A DNA stretch of 64,000 nucleotides from contig OZ024740.1 in the NCBI GenBank assembly GCA_964016885.1, positions 327,112,001 through 327,176,000 of the forward strand, read 5' to 3'. How positions within the stretch are numbered: position 1 is the first letter of the stretch; each line of letters begins with the position of its first letter. Below are positions 38,592 through 52,117 of the stretch, piece after piece. This DNA comes from Eledone cirrhosa (Eukaryota). The notes under the pieces are model-generated. The model ran no database searches. It was given only the letters and a program-made list of their open reading frames with translations, and was not told the DNA's origin. A program made the translations under genes and the position numbers.

Positions 38592-40934
38592 GTGACAGAA
38601 GCTAAGAGTAGAAATCGATCCACCATCCGGTCGTTGCAAGACGAAGATGGACGGGTGATCCGGGAGCCTAAGCAGATGTGCGAGGCCTTTCAAAGGCACT
38701 TTGCCCGATTGTTCGGGGGAGGCGAGGGTCCGGGCGGGGGCGTGGATTTCGGTCCATACCTCGACGGCCTGCCGCGTCTCTCGAACGAAGAGGCAGAGTC
38801 CTGCGAGGGACCAATCTCGGCTGATGAGATCGGAGATGCGCTGAGCCAATGCAGCAGACGCAAATCTCCAGGTCTCGATGGTATACCTTACGAACTTTAT
38901 TTAGCAATGCCGGTCTTCTTCTCCGAACTCCTCGAAGCGGTCTACTGCAATTGGCAGCAGAACGGGAGAATTCCTTGTTCTGTAGCCAAGGGCGTAGTCA
39001 CGCTGGTGAGGAAGGACGAGAACAAGGGGGATAGTATAAATAATTTTCGGCCCATAACCCTGCTAAACACAGAGTTAAAGATTTTGGCCAAGGTGTTAGC
39101 AAAGAGGTTGGCGCTTGTCGTAGGTGGCCTGGTGGGAGATGCGCAGACATGTGCTATCCCATCCAGGTCCATTCACGATAACCTCCACCTCATGCGATAC
39201 ATCATAGAGAGGGTTGGCAACAAACCCGGCTTCGGTGGGGCCCTGATCAACTTGGATCAGTCTAAGGCCTTCGATAGGGTCGACCATGGTTACCTGGATG
39301 CGGTGCTAGCGGCGGCTGGGTTCGGTCCTGTTTTCAGAGGCTGGATCACTGCCCTACATAGCAACCACATCTGTTCTAGGATCAAGGTGAACGGCTACCT
39401 TTCGAAGCCGTTCGAAATCACACGATCCATTCGACAGGGGTGCCCTCTCTCCTCCCTTCTGTACGTATTGACTCTCGAGCCTTTACTGAGGAAGTTGGAG
39501 TTGTTGCAGGGTATCCCCCTGGAACCAGGATTGAGCAAAGCGGTGTTGGCCTACGCCGATGACGTAACAGTAATGGTATCAACCGACTCGGAGATCGAGG
39601 CGATCGGTACCTTACTGGAGGAGTACGAAAGGTTGTCAGGAGCGAAACTGAACCGGGAAAAATCCATCGGGCTGCAACTCGGAACGTGGAGAGGCAGACC
39701 GATGCCTCCTGACGGTGTCGTCGGACACTGGACGGAGGGCCCGGTAAAGTTGCTTGGGGTCTGGTTTGGACCGGACCTCCAGGTGGAAAAGAACTGGAAC
39801 GAGGTTACGAACAAGGTGTTTGCACTAACCCAGAAATGGGCCAAGTGTAAGCTGTCCCTAAAAGGCCGGGCGGAGGTGGCGAACATTTACATAGCGTCCG
39901 TCACTTACTACCGCCTGACTGTCGTGCCTTGCCCTAAGGAAACACTCACCACCATGGAACGCATGCTCTTCCAATTTCTTTGGAAGAAGCGTCCTCCTAT
40001 GGTGAGAAGATCCATCTGCTGCCAACAACCTTCGAAAGGAGGGCTGGGGATGCCGTGGTTGATGATGCGTAGGCACGCATTAAGGCTACGGCACCTACAG
40101 GTATTCCTCACTGGTCAACCGGTGTGGGCTCCGTTCGTGAAACGAGCCTTTCCGAGACTCGTCTCGCTCACCGAGCTACAGTCCTGGGTCAAGCAAAGAT
40201 CCGGAAAACTGGGAGACTGGCACACTGAGTGTGCTCAGGCGCTCAGGGCTCTCTGGCAAGCGGGCCAGGCCATCGGTGGAGAATCCACCTCATCATTCTA
40301 TAGAGGGCTGGTGGCTAGCAGGGGCGATGACACCCTTGGAGAGTCGCTGGACATGGAAGAAGACGAACTGGCCAGCCTGTTCGGTAGGACTTTCGGCCCA
40401 GGACCAATGGACAACTTCCAGAAGTCACTGGCCTGGCAGTGCTACCGGGGGGCTCTACCCGTTCGAGAGAGGCTCTACAGACACGGGCGCCCGGGCAGGG
40501 ATCCCTCAAAAAAGATTTTCCCTAGATGCGTGCGTCACGAAGAAACCGTTGCGCACGCATTGGTGCAATGTCCGGGCGTGGCTGATCTGTGGGGCTACGC
40601 CGAACGACTGCTGTCGCGGGTGGCGCCGATTAAATTGACCGCCGAGTCCGTGATGACAATCAAACCGCCTCCCCTCTTCACAAAGAAAGCAAAGGCGGTT
40701 TTTCTGTGCGTAATAGCCATGTTGAAAGAGGTTGTTTGGTGGACACGATTGAAAGGTCTGAGGTCAGGCAACTTCCTCTCTGGCCATAGTCTGGTCTACT
40801 TCTTCCGATATCACTTCGGAAGAAGGATAAGAATGGAGAGAGAGGTGCTTGGCCACAGGCAGTTTTATGAAAGGTGGGTGATAGTGGCGAGAATGGCTCG
40901 TGTAAATGGGCCTTCTCTGTATACCATCCTGTAG
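38592..40934 (+). CDS. Tx1/L1-group LINE ORF2, 5'-truncated (RT plus C-terminal zinc-binding region, endonuclease missing); element ends ~41149
   Basis: Open 780 codons: KSPGLDG, FRPITLLN, LDQSKAFDRVDH, RQGCPLS, YADD, KGGLG, PRC..EETVAHALVQC; first knuckle Cys appears mutated; no true start codon. Confidence 0.9.
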   Translation: MTEAKSRNRSTIRSLQDEDGRVIREPKQMCEAFQRHFARLFGGGEGPGGGVDFGPYLDGLPRLSNEEAESCEGPISADEIGDALSQCSRRKSPGLDGIPYELYLAMPVFFSELLEAVYCNWQQNGRIPCSVAKGVVTLVRKDENKGDSINNFRPITLLNTELKILAKVLAKRLALVVGGLVGDAQTCAIPSRSIHDNLHLMRYIIERVGNKPGFGGALINLDQSKAFDRVDHGYLDAVLAAAGFGPVFRGWITALHSNHICSRIKVNGYLSKPFEITRSIRQGCPLSSLLYVLTLEPLLRKLELLQGIPLEPGLSKAVLAYADDVTVMVSTDSEIEAIGTLLEEYERLSGAKLNREKSIGLQLGTWRGRPMPPDGVVGHWTEGPVKLLGVWFGPDLQVEKNWNEVTNKVFALTQKWAKCKLSLKGRAEVANIYIASVTYYRLTVVPCPKETLTTMERMLFQFLWKKRPPMVRRSICCQQPSKGGLGMPWLMMRRHALRLRHLQVFLTGQPVWAPFVKRAFPRLVSLTELQSWVKQRSGKLGDWHTECAQALRALWQAGQAIGGESTSSFYRGLVASRGDDTLGESLDMEEDELASLFGRTFGPGPMDNFQKSLAWQCYRGALPVRERLYRHGRPGRDPSKKIFPRCVRHEETVAHALVQCPGVADLWGYAERLLSRVAPIKLTAESVMTIKPPPLFTKKAKAVFLCVIAMLKEVVWWTRLKGLRSGNFLSGHSLVYFFRYHFGRRIRMEREVLGHRQFYERWVIVARMARVNGPSLYTIL

Positions 40935-41429
40935 GTAAAGAAGTAAAGGAGAGGGGAGCACCTTCTCCATGTGCTCCCCGGGCAAAGGATTGCACACTTT
41001 TTCGGGGGTGTGTGCAACCCCCATCACGTCCCCTCCCTTTTGAGGTTATTTTCGATTATTTTCATGTTACACCCTTTTTACTCGATTATATGTAAACTCC
41101 CCCTTTGTATTTGTCCCTTCTTTTTATGCCTTTATGGTAAATAAAGAAATCTATCTATCTATCTATATATATGTCTTCGGTAGTGTTCAGATTAATATAT
41201 TAATATTGTATCATTGTCAAAATTAATGTTTGGTTTATCAATTGAATCAAAATGTATTTTAATGTATTTTTCATAATTTGAATTGACACAACGCGGCTGG
41301 CTGTTGCGCCACAATCTAGCTTCTTATTTATATATATACACATTTATGTAAAGGTAAATAAATAAAAGTGATATATAGGTTAAGATACGCTTTTGTATAC
41401 CTGAAACAAAAGAAAGACGTTATTATCAA

Positions 41430-41620
41430 AGGCGGTGAATTGGCAGTATCGGTAGAGGGTCGGATATGCTTTCCCGCATAGTTACGTCCCTTTACGATCT
41501 GAGTTCAATTCCCGCCGAGGTTAACTCTGCCTTTCATCCTTACAGGGTCGATAAAATAAAGTACCAGTAATGCACTGGGATAATTACTGGCCTTGTGCCA
41601 AAAGTAGAAACAGTTATTAT
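41430..41620 (+). mobile_element. Octopus-type SINE
   Basis: Full head, core and tail as in the other copies. Confidence 0.85.
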
Positions 41621-42679
41621 CAAAGCCGGAATGCTTTTAATCGAAAAGCCTAATGCATTTGTAAAACTTCATATATTTCAGACGGTTATATATATATATA
41701 TGTGTGTGCGTGTGTGTGTATGTGTGTATGTGTGTGCGTGCGTGTGTGTGTGTGTGTGTGCGTGCGTGCATATGTGCGTGTCTGTTTAAAAAACGGCGAG
41801 CGGATTTTCAAAATTTAATAAGCCTACAGTGGGCTTGTACGTCCCGTTATTATTAAACTATTTTATTTCATCCTTACGGGGTCGATAAAATAAAGTACCA
41901 GTATTATAAGTTTAGTTGATAAAAACTGGCTTGAAGTTACCAATAACAACAATAAAATCACCCACCTCCACCACCACCTTCATCACCATCACCAACACCA
42001 ACCTCAGCCCGACCAACAACAACACCATCAGTATCACTGCCACCACCACTAACAACAACAGCATCAACAATATACAGGTATATATTTCAGTATCACCTGA
42101 AATGTCTAGGTACCAGTCAACTTTATGTGCAAGCTACATCATGAATAAGTCTCTCGAGTACATGTCTTAACTTGAAGAATATGTCAATCGTCCCATGTTG
42201 GTCATATTCAACTAGGTGTGTTGTCCCTTGATGAAATATTGATATTCCAGAGGTGAGTGGACACACCTCTTTCGATCACCTGTGCGATCAAGTACATTCT
42301 TCGAAAAACATGTATGTCCTTCCACCTGATCGATAAATCCAAGCAAAATAAATGAATGTTCCTCCCAGTAGTCGTTTAATAAAGTATACCCACACACAAC
42401 CCATCAATCATATTCATACATTTATTCATGTATTCACCTATTTACTGATGTGTCATTAAGGTTCCAAATGTTATATTGGAAATTCACAAACGGTTTCTTA
42501 TAGAATGATCACCTTCGACAACACAAGCAGTACACTGACACACACACACATATATATATATATACATACACACATGCACACACACAGACCCCCTATTTAT
42601 ATATATGTATATATGTAAATATATATATATATATATATACATATGTATGTAAATATATATATATATACATATACATATG

Positions 42680-42764
<85 letters not shown>

Positions 42765-42947
42765 TATATATAAAATAAAATAAAATAAATAAGTCAAATG
42801 TTTAAAATTTGGCTTCGTTTATTTAAACATTTGACTTATTTATTTTATTTTATTTTACATTACTCCGGCGTAACCAAACCAACCTGCGCACATCGTCGAG
42901 TGCTCCAATCTGCATACTGAGGTGTTGGTATACAACCAACATATACT

Positions 42948-43006
<59 letters not shown>

Positions 43007-43445
43007 TGTATGTATATATATGCCTGTATGTATGTATATAGCTGTTTAACATAAGTGGCATTGAAATATGGCTGCTATGTGAACAAAGGCGTTAGGCAGG
43101 GTGTCATACGCATTGGAGATGCTAGAATTCTCTAGAGTCAGCTTCCAAATGCACACCATCTCCACACGACGAGACAGAAGATCATTCTACTCCGCTAAAG
43201 TAAAGGCCAGTTTGTTGCAATCTTTGGAGTCCTTCACACTCAAGTGTCAAGTTTCGGCTGGTGAATGGTTTCATAGGAATCTTTGTCTTGTGAAAAGGGG
43301 ATTGAAACATAGAAATATTCCATTCTAAAGCAAAGTCACACTCCATACTGCCAGATCTGTTGCTGGTCCAAAGCGCATCTTTTTATTCACAGCAAAAAAC
43401 ACAAGACAGCAATACAATGAGTTTTTCTCATTATTCTACAAATAC

Positions 43446-43539
<94 letters not shown>

Positions 43540-43774
43540 TGCTTTATGATACAAGTAAGGCTGTGTTTAGGTTTAAACTTATGTCTATGAAAAAAATATA
43601 TGAGTGTTTATTATAATTATGATATCAAATTGTTCGATTACAATAATAAACGTTTTCCTAAGTTGCCTTCATATGTTTTATTGCTGTAGAAGACATTACT
43701 TATAATGACGGATAATGTTATCAAGTTGTGTAGATCTTAAACATGCTCAGAATATATCTATAACGCCTTTAATG

Positions 43775-44172
43775 ATAACTTTGCCTTTTATCCTTACGGG
43801 GTCGATAAAATAAAGTACCAGTAATGCACTGAATGTATTTGCTGGCCTTGTGCCAAAAGTAGAAACAATTATTTTCTTATATTACCTGGCTTTAAGTGGA
43901 AGCCGTTAGTGGAAGCCGTTGGATAGACTGCATTTTTTTATATAACAATTATTTTATTTATTAAATATATAATGGTTTCTTATATAGGCACAAGGCCAGC
44001 AATTTTGGGGGAGGGGAAAGTCGATTAAATCGACTCCAGTGCGGGATTGGTACTTTATTTTATCGACCCCGTAAGGATGAAAGGCAAAGTTAACCTCCGC
44101 GGGATTTGAACTCAGATCATATAGGGGCGTAAATCTATACTGCAAAGCATGGCGTTCGACCCTCTACCGATA
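43775..44172. mobile_element. Two oppositely oriented SINE copies (43775-43872 +, 43970-44172 -)
   Basis: Core sequence present on both strands about 100 bp apart. Confidence 0.8.
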
Positions 44173-44829
44173 ATACAGTTTAATAGTATAAAGAAAAAAA
44201 TAAAGAAAATGTAGATTGAGAAGAATGGAATGTAAAATAGGAAAATATAGAGAAAAAAGAGAAAAGGAAAGGAAAACGGGGAGGGAATAGCAAGAAGTCT
44301 AGTGTCACAGAATAATGGGAGGGGAAGGGAAGGACGATTGGGCTCTGGGCCTAGAGCGCGGTGGTAGAGGGGCTACGCACCGCTAGAGGACCACAAAAGC
44401 ATTACAGCGAACAATGCCCAGCAACACCCGCTGCAACAGCCACCCCACCTAGCAGGGCTCCTGCCTCAGACAGGCCGCCGACGTTCCGCTCTTGCGGAGG
44501 AGCTTGACTGTATGGGGTCAAAGTACAATACATTTGTTATGGAGTGGTAAATATAATCTGTCACTCGGTTTAACACTACTATCTGGTCCTTGGGTATCTT
44601 TCATTTTGTTAATTCTATTACAAATATTTGCTGCCGGTGTTTGGTACGAGGATATCAAGATACTCTCTCTACTTTGTTACTGGCTTTCCTCCACTAATGT
44701 AAATGACTCATGCACAAAGGTCATGGAGTCTGCTTTTACACTTCAGTTTACGACATACGGGAAAATGACGAATACAAGCCGAAGCCTATAGAAGTCACAG
44801 CCGAGATTTTACTTTATATATATATAGTT

Positions 44830-44894
<65 letters not shown>

Positions 44895-45594
44895 CTATTT
44901 TTCTATCTATCTATGTTGGAAAGCCATTAGGTGAAACACGTGTCCTGGAAGATGGTTTGCTAAGATGTTGTGGAACTAATTTATATATATATATAAATAA
45001 AAATATATATATATACTAATATATACCACTCAAATATCGGTGCATGAATGGTGTCGCTTGACTTGCTAAAGTTATCAGTTTAATCTCCATTAAACACACA
45101 TTTGGTTTATTATTTATGGGGAAAATAGGGTCTGGTCACGCCTGGACGTAAGTTTTTCTACTCAACAAGGGATTACCTGGACCTGAACTAGAGAGAAAAA
45201 CCATAAATGAGATTGTTTTGTTTTTTTAATTATATTTTTGTTTCAAATATTTTTTTATCATTTAGAGATAATGGTCTTACTTCTCAAAGATTTCCTATAT
45301 TCACATGCTTGCACGTATATATATATATATCTACTCGCCCCCCCCCCTCTCTCTATATATATATATACAGCATGACCCTCCCGAAGTATAACAATATATA
45401 TATACATATATATTTACGAAGTCACATATATATATGTATCTATATATTTATATACATACATATACTTATAAATTATACATTTAATATGTATATATATGTA
45501 ATACATATACATTTATATGCGGGTGTGATTGCGTATGCGTGTATGCGTGCACGCGCATGTGTATGTGTTTTGAGTGGGTGTGTGTATGTATATA

Positions 45595-45634
<40 letters not shown>

Positions 45635-45941
45635 TGAGTGTGTAATAATCAATCAAATTCACGTAATTTGTGTAGCCCGCTGTTCAGATGGCATTCTACA
45701 CGTTTGACTCGACTGAGTGTGTACCAGTGTCGCTGAGTAGAGATTGTAGAGCCATGGCCCATATTGTGATTAGTTTCGGACCAGCAACCCATTGATAAGT
45801 GCGACTAGATGGTATCAATCGTGTTTGGGACCCTTTGATTTTGATAACAATAAGCGTTTGTAAATAATATTCGTGATTATATTAATATTAAGCGGCTTCG
45901 ATTATATGTATATATATACATATATATATACATATATATAT

Positions 45942-46405
45942 ATAGCAGAAAAACCACCCTTCGGGGGGTTTTCTGGTAGCATGTGTAGTGTGTATATTGA
46001 TATTATACACACATATATATGCATGTAAATAAAATCGTAATTGACAATATACACAGAAACTGAACGAAGACTGTGTTACACTGTCTTATGTAATCAGTAA
46101 CGTAATCCATTGAAAAAAAGACGACATTATATATAAACAGCATTAGGAGAAAATTAGTGACGGAAATATATGCGATTATAATATAACGGCCGCTAACCGG
46201 AAGTGTTGACATTTGACAATTTTAAAGAACTGAATCTTTGAATAAACTATAAAATATATTTAATCAACAGCCACGAAATTTAGTAGATAAATTATGTAAT
46301 ATTCATTCATTATTTATTCAAAGTAATCCAACTTATTTTACAAACGGGGTAAAAAAAATATATTCTGGATGCAGTCCCGGACTCCTTTCTTTATTATAGT
46401 TAAGA
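45942..46405 (-). mobile_element. Non-autonomous Helitron-like element, second copy
   Basis: A|TCTTAACTATAATAAAG start; 3' hairpin CAGAAAACC..GGTTTTTCTG ending CTAT; colinear with 25738-26260. Confidence 0.7.
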
Positions 46406-46549
46406 TATAGCATGTGTGTACATATATACATACGTATATATACACACACACACTGTTTATATCTATATATATATAGATATAAACAGTGTATGTGTGTATA
46501 TATACCTATCTATATATGTACACACACGCTATATGTATAAAGAGAGAGA

Positions 46550-46581
<32 letters not shown>

Positions 46582-46693
46582 TATAGAGAGGGAGAGAGAC
46601 AGAGAGTGAGAGGAATAGAGATAGATTGGAGGTCACCAGTTTAGACTAGTCAGACCAAAGTTCAGTTAAGTACACGATGCTCATGAACGTACA

Positions 46694-46728
<35 letters not shown>

Positions 46729-47238
46729 GGTGTGTGTATGTGTGTGTGTGTGTGTGTCTGTGTGTCTGTGTATGTATGTGTGTGTGCGTGTGTATTTATG
46801 TGCGTGTATGTGATAGGTGTGTGTGTGTGTGTGTATGTGTGGCAGTGTGTGTACAGGCTGTAATATATTTAATATTCTCGGCGTGACAACATTGCGGCAC
46901 AAAACTCGGTCTCAGGATCCTTTTACTTAACACACTCGGGATTTCCAGACGTAATTTATTAAATCTATTATGTTTCTTCTCAAAGCAACACACAACCAGA
47001 ACACAAACTACTCGAATTTGCTAACGATGAAAATAAACTCTTTTACGAGCCAATCCCCTCCACCACATAGACACATACACTCACACATATATATACTCAT
47101 ATATATATATATATATGAATATACAGAGATATATTTACGTATATTTACATGTATTTAACATAAATATGTTTACTTTTATATGTATATTCATGTTCATATA
47201 TGTTTGCATATATATATATATATATATATATATAGATG

Positions 47239-47289
47239 AGATTCTACAGGACTAGAACTGTTTCATTCTTTAGAAATCATCAGGAATCT
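47239..47289 (-). ncRNA. Type I hammerhead with full stem III (family D), inside palindrome 47231-47331
   Basis: AGATTC-CTGATGA-TTTCTAAAGAAT-GAA-ACAG-TTCTAGTC-CTGT-A-GAATCT. Confidence 0.8.
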
Positions 47290-47407
47290 AAAGAATGAAA
47301 CAGTTCTAGTCCTGTAGAATCTCATCTATATTAAAATTGTTATACTCTGCTATGTATTGAGTACCTTACTTACTGTGGTTACCTCCGATTCAACCCGGAA
47401 TAACTTA

Positions 47408-47506
<99 letters not shown>

Positions 47507-47550
47507 AAGTTAAATAAAAGTCAAATGATTAAAATTTAGCTTCGTTTATT

Positions 47551-47605
47551 ACTGCTATATATATTTCAGTGACAGCCATCTTTGGCTGTGACCTCTTCAG
47601 GCAGT
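47551..47605 (-). ncRNA. Type I hammerhead motif
   Basis: ACTGC-CTGAAGA-G-GTCACAGCCA-AAGA-TGGCTGTCAC-T-GAAA-T-ATAT-ATA-GCAGT followed by AATAAA. Confidence 0.75.
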
Positions 47606-47716
47606 TTGAATTAGTATGGTATAGACAAGTACATATGTTGTTTAGGTGTATGATATTGTCAATACTCTGATATGCCCAGTTCCTTGCTGGGTTGTTAATT
47701 CACTGGGGAACTGGAG

Positions 47717-48157
<441 letters not shown>

Positions 48158-48413
48158 TTCTACCTGGAGTTGCGACCGATAGATAGTATTAGCAATTGGA
48201 AAGACTAACGGAAATATTGTTTCCTCGGTCCGATTTGACGACAGTCGGTCGTTCCAAAAATAGTATATATATATACTATAATGTAATACGAAAACAGATA
48301 ATTGTAGGTGGAGTACTATTTCATAGAATGATGGTGAGTTTTTTAAAATACAAACACATTTGCCTTGGTATATACTTTTGGGCGAAATGTCATGTTTAAA
48401 GTAGCTATGTCCT

Positions 48414-48479
48414 ATTTAATTCTGAAGATATCTATAATTGAGCTTTTAATTATAAGGATGAAACGCATGTAAATGAAAT
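48414..48479 (+). ncRNA. Type I hammerhead motif
   Basis: ATTTAATT-CTGAAGA-TATCTATAATT..AATTATAAGGAT-GAAAC-GCAT-GTA-AATGAAAT. Confidence 0.7.
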
Positions 48480-48538
48480 TATGATATAGTTAACTGTGTT
48501 TGGCTTTACTTTTCAATATATATATATATATTGAAAAG

Positions 48539-48588
<50 letters not shown>

Positions 48589-48589
48589 T

Positions 48590-49442
48590 CTACACGCAGC
48601 TTGCAATGTTGGACATTCTATTCATCAGCTCTTCGCTGAAGATATCTACGATTTTAGCGATTCTGTCAGTAACACTCCTTCCAAGGATCCCAAGCAGCGT
48701 TGATGCTACATGGATAGGTAGCATAATATTTCTCGTTATCCATGCCACTATGGCCAGAATCGTGATGTTATTGTAACAATTCCCTCCCTCATTAAAGAGT
48801 AGACATATTAATTGTGTCTACTCCTTGCTGAGGGTTCGCTCTCTTATCTCAGCGCTGGTCTTTCACTTAAATATGTTTGCTATATATACATAATAAAGCC
48901 TTTCCAGTTCTTGAATCAACTCTCTACTTTCCTTTCCCAATCGAATGCCAGCCTGATAGGACATGGTGGATGTGGCCACATATACATGACATCCCATTTC
49001 AACTGGAAGCAATTTCCAGTGTAATCTTTGACCAGCGCCTTTATTTTTTCATATTTTATATACTTTCTTTCACGAGTTACTCCATATTGCCTTCTGAAAG
49101 CCACTGTCTGCTCAACAATCAGTACTTTTGATGTGTTAGAGAATGCCATAAGGCTGGAGCATTGTGATGTCATAGCAATATGGCTTGCGAATACTCGCAC
49201 GGTTTTCAGGTCAGCCTGTACTTCCCTTGTCATAGTCTGGGCATCAACATTCCCTTTTCCCCCTCCTGCATTGTCCTTTCTCACACACCTTGTGGAAGAC
49301 AAAAGGCTATGGGCTTGCATTGAATTTTGTTGCATTAACAGTATTGCGTTATTTTTATCATGCATGAGAGAGAACGCTGAGGACTAGATTATGTTCCAAG
49401 GCGTATTCTGTCAGGGATAGCTAAATGCTGCCAGAACATGTA
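48590..49442 (-). mobile_element. Decayed RLE non-LTR retrotransposon C-terminus (HERO-like)
   Basis: HVLAA..Y..HNLVL, KVLIVEQTVAF..RERKYIKY and LLGILGR resemble the knuckle/RHN/PD-ExK region. Confidence 0.45.
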
Positions 49443-49487
49443 CCAATACACACATACACATGACACACAGACACACACACATATATA

Positions 49488-49750
49488 TGATTGGTACTCC
49501 GTCGGTTATGTCGACGAGTGTTCCAGTCCAGTTGATTTGATCAAGGGAACAGCCTGCTCATGAAATTAACGAGCAAGTGACTGCGCATTCCACAGACACG
49601 CGTGCTCTTAATGTAGTTCTCAGGTACATTTAGCAGGTCGCAGAATGTGACAAGGCTGGCTCTTCAAATTATAGGTACAAACCATTTTTGCTAGCTGAGT
49701 GGTCATGATGAAATGAAGTAATGTTTTTCTCAAGGACACAGCACGCTGCT
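49488..49750 (-). mobile_element. Octopus SINE of a second family (OK-like)
   Basis: GGAACAGCCTGCTC.TGAAATTAAC..CCACAGACAC..TGTGACAAGGCTGGC and a CORE-like CTCAAGGACACA block; family name from recall. Confidence 0.55.
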
Positions 49751-50591
49751 GGCAATTAAAAACACTAATACGCTAAATAAGGAAACAATTCAAGATTATA
49801 TGTGTGAATATGCATGCAACTGTGTGAGTGCGTATCTGTCAGTGTGCGTGTCTGTGTGTGTGTGTGCGTGTCTATGTGTGTGTATTTGCGTGAGTGTGTA
49901 TGCGTGTGTGTTTACATTTTTTCATAATCACAACACCCTGTACTTTTGTCCTACCAGCTTTCATTTACAGTGTTCTTTTTATCGTTTTTTGTTCTCTTAT
50001 TGTTGTTTAGAGCCAGGCCAATCCTGACCGAGTAAACCTACCATGAAAGGCATTCCAGTCATGACCATCCTATATTTTTTGTCTATCAATGATTACGTTG
50101 TACAAAGTCTGCTTTTCATTTTTCCTTTAATTTTTCAATTCGGCTAGATATGATTTATGTAATTTGGATGTGAATTTTAGCAAGTCAAGAAACCACGTAG
50201 AGGCTCCCTGTTGGTCATGTTTCTTTACAGATGCTGGTTTATTCGTTGTGCATCGGCGTTACCAATCAAGAAGGGTATATATATATACTGCATGGGCCCA
50301 GTCCTACCATTTTCTGACGTTTTACTAACAAATAAATAAATAAGTGACCGAACAACTACATGACATGTGTTGTAATTGTTGCCGGCAGTTAATTATGGTA
50401 CGAGCCAACGAGAAGGTATTACTTGCTAGATATAGCAGTTAAATTCCTTCAAATCACACCCAAGCCTCTTGAAACAGACTGGAGAGGTAAACTGAAGAAT
50501 ATAATTATATATATATATATATAAATAATTATATATATATGCGTGTATATATATATATATATATATATAATTATATATATATGTGCGTGTG

Positions 50592-50694
<103 letters not shown>

Positions 50695-51104
50695 ATATAT
50701 ATATATATTTATATATATGCAAAAGGTAAACAGAGACAACGAGGCAAACAACACAGTACAATGAAGAAATATATTAGTTTAACGTTTGATATAGTAATAA
50801 AATATTTGTTTACGTTTCGGACACTAGTTCTTCACCAGAAGTTATAAATAGAAATAATAAATTAGGATATAGTATGATAGAGAGTGAGAAGAGGAAAGAA
50901 CGGGAAAAAAAATGTAAATAAGCACGTGTGTATTCAGTCAGCCGTTTGGAAGACAAATATATATAATATAACAAGAGAGTATTCTGATCCAGGGCTGAGC
51001 TAGAGCAAAGCAACAATCGCTGCAAGTAGGTTATCTATACATTCATTTGGAATAATATATAAAAGTATTTTCTTTGTTGCTGCTGTTGTTGTTGTTTTTA
51101 TTTT

Positions 51105-51300
51105 CATTGTTGTTTAGCTCAAGGTCAGCCCTGATCCTGCAGATCTATAATCAAAAGCAATCCATCTGTGACCATCTCGTAATTTCTTCCTATGTGCAAA
51201 GAATCCAGGAACATAGTATCCATCCAACACGTGCTTTTCCTTCTAAGACAGAAAGTTATGATCTGTGGGAGATTTGGGTTGCTATTTCTAGCCCATATGT
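51105..51300. repeat. Old interspersed repeat; relatives near 13715-13910, 14190-14350, 17770-17940, 45045-45190, 50000-50210
   Basis: Shared TTGTTTAGC..GGTCAGCCCTGAT..CATTCCAG.CATGACCATC consensus. Confidence 0.55.
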
Positions 51301-51485
51301 TTCCCGTTGAATTATGTGTGCATCTGTATATTATGTAGGGGAGAGAAAGAGAGAGGCTGTCAGAGAAAAAGAGATAGAGCAAGAGAGAGAAAGAGTGAGA
51401 AGGGGAGACATTAATTGAAGAAAGAAGCTGAGTTGGACTGCATGGTAGAAAGGTGAGAGAAGGAGAAAGAATTTGTAAGAAAGTG

Positions 51486-51590
<105 letters not shown>

Positions 51591-51672
51591 AATATAAATA
51601 TAAATTCAGCGAGAATCGCATTTCGGCGGGTAGAAAAAGCGAGACGTAACGCAATCATATATATATATCTAC

Positions 51673-51892
51673 ATGAGGGGCGATGAAAAGTTCCTGGTTT
51701 GGGGTAAAAGAACAACAGGAGGACCAGTTAATTATGATTTTATTCAACATATTCCCCTCTTAGATTCACACTTATTACAGCCGCCCTTGGACTTTTCTAA
51801 GCTTTGTAAAAAAAAAAAAACTCAGAAGTTTGGGCCTTCAACCAAGCCTTTGTAGTAACGATGATGCCAAGAACTTTTCAGCAACCCTTCTT
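51673..51892. mobile_element. Mariner-type MITE
   Basis: TIR-like GAGGGGCGATGAAAAGTTCCTGG / CCAAGAACTTTTCAGCAACCCTTC. Confidence 0.6.
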
Positions 51893-52068
51893 AATACACA
51901 CACACACATATATACAATGTAAAAGGTAAACAAAAATAACAATACAATCGGTACAGTATATGGAAGGGATATATTAGGTTAACGCTTGATATATACACAT
52001 ATATATATATGCATATGAGAAGTTCCTGGCTTATATACATACATGCATATATATATATATATATATGA

Positions 52069-52117
<49 letters not shown>

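Noticed and set aside
42860-43120. KGVRQG and GWFGY peptide fragments suggesting a LINE
   Set aside because: Too short, on opposite strands and unsupported by neighbouring motifs
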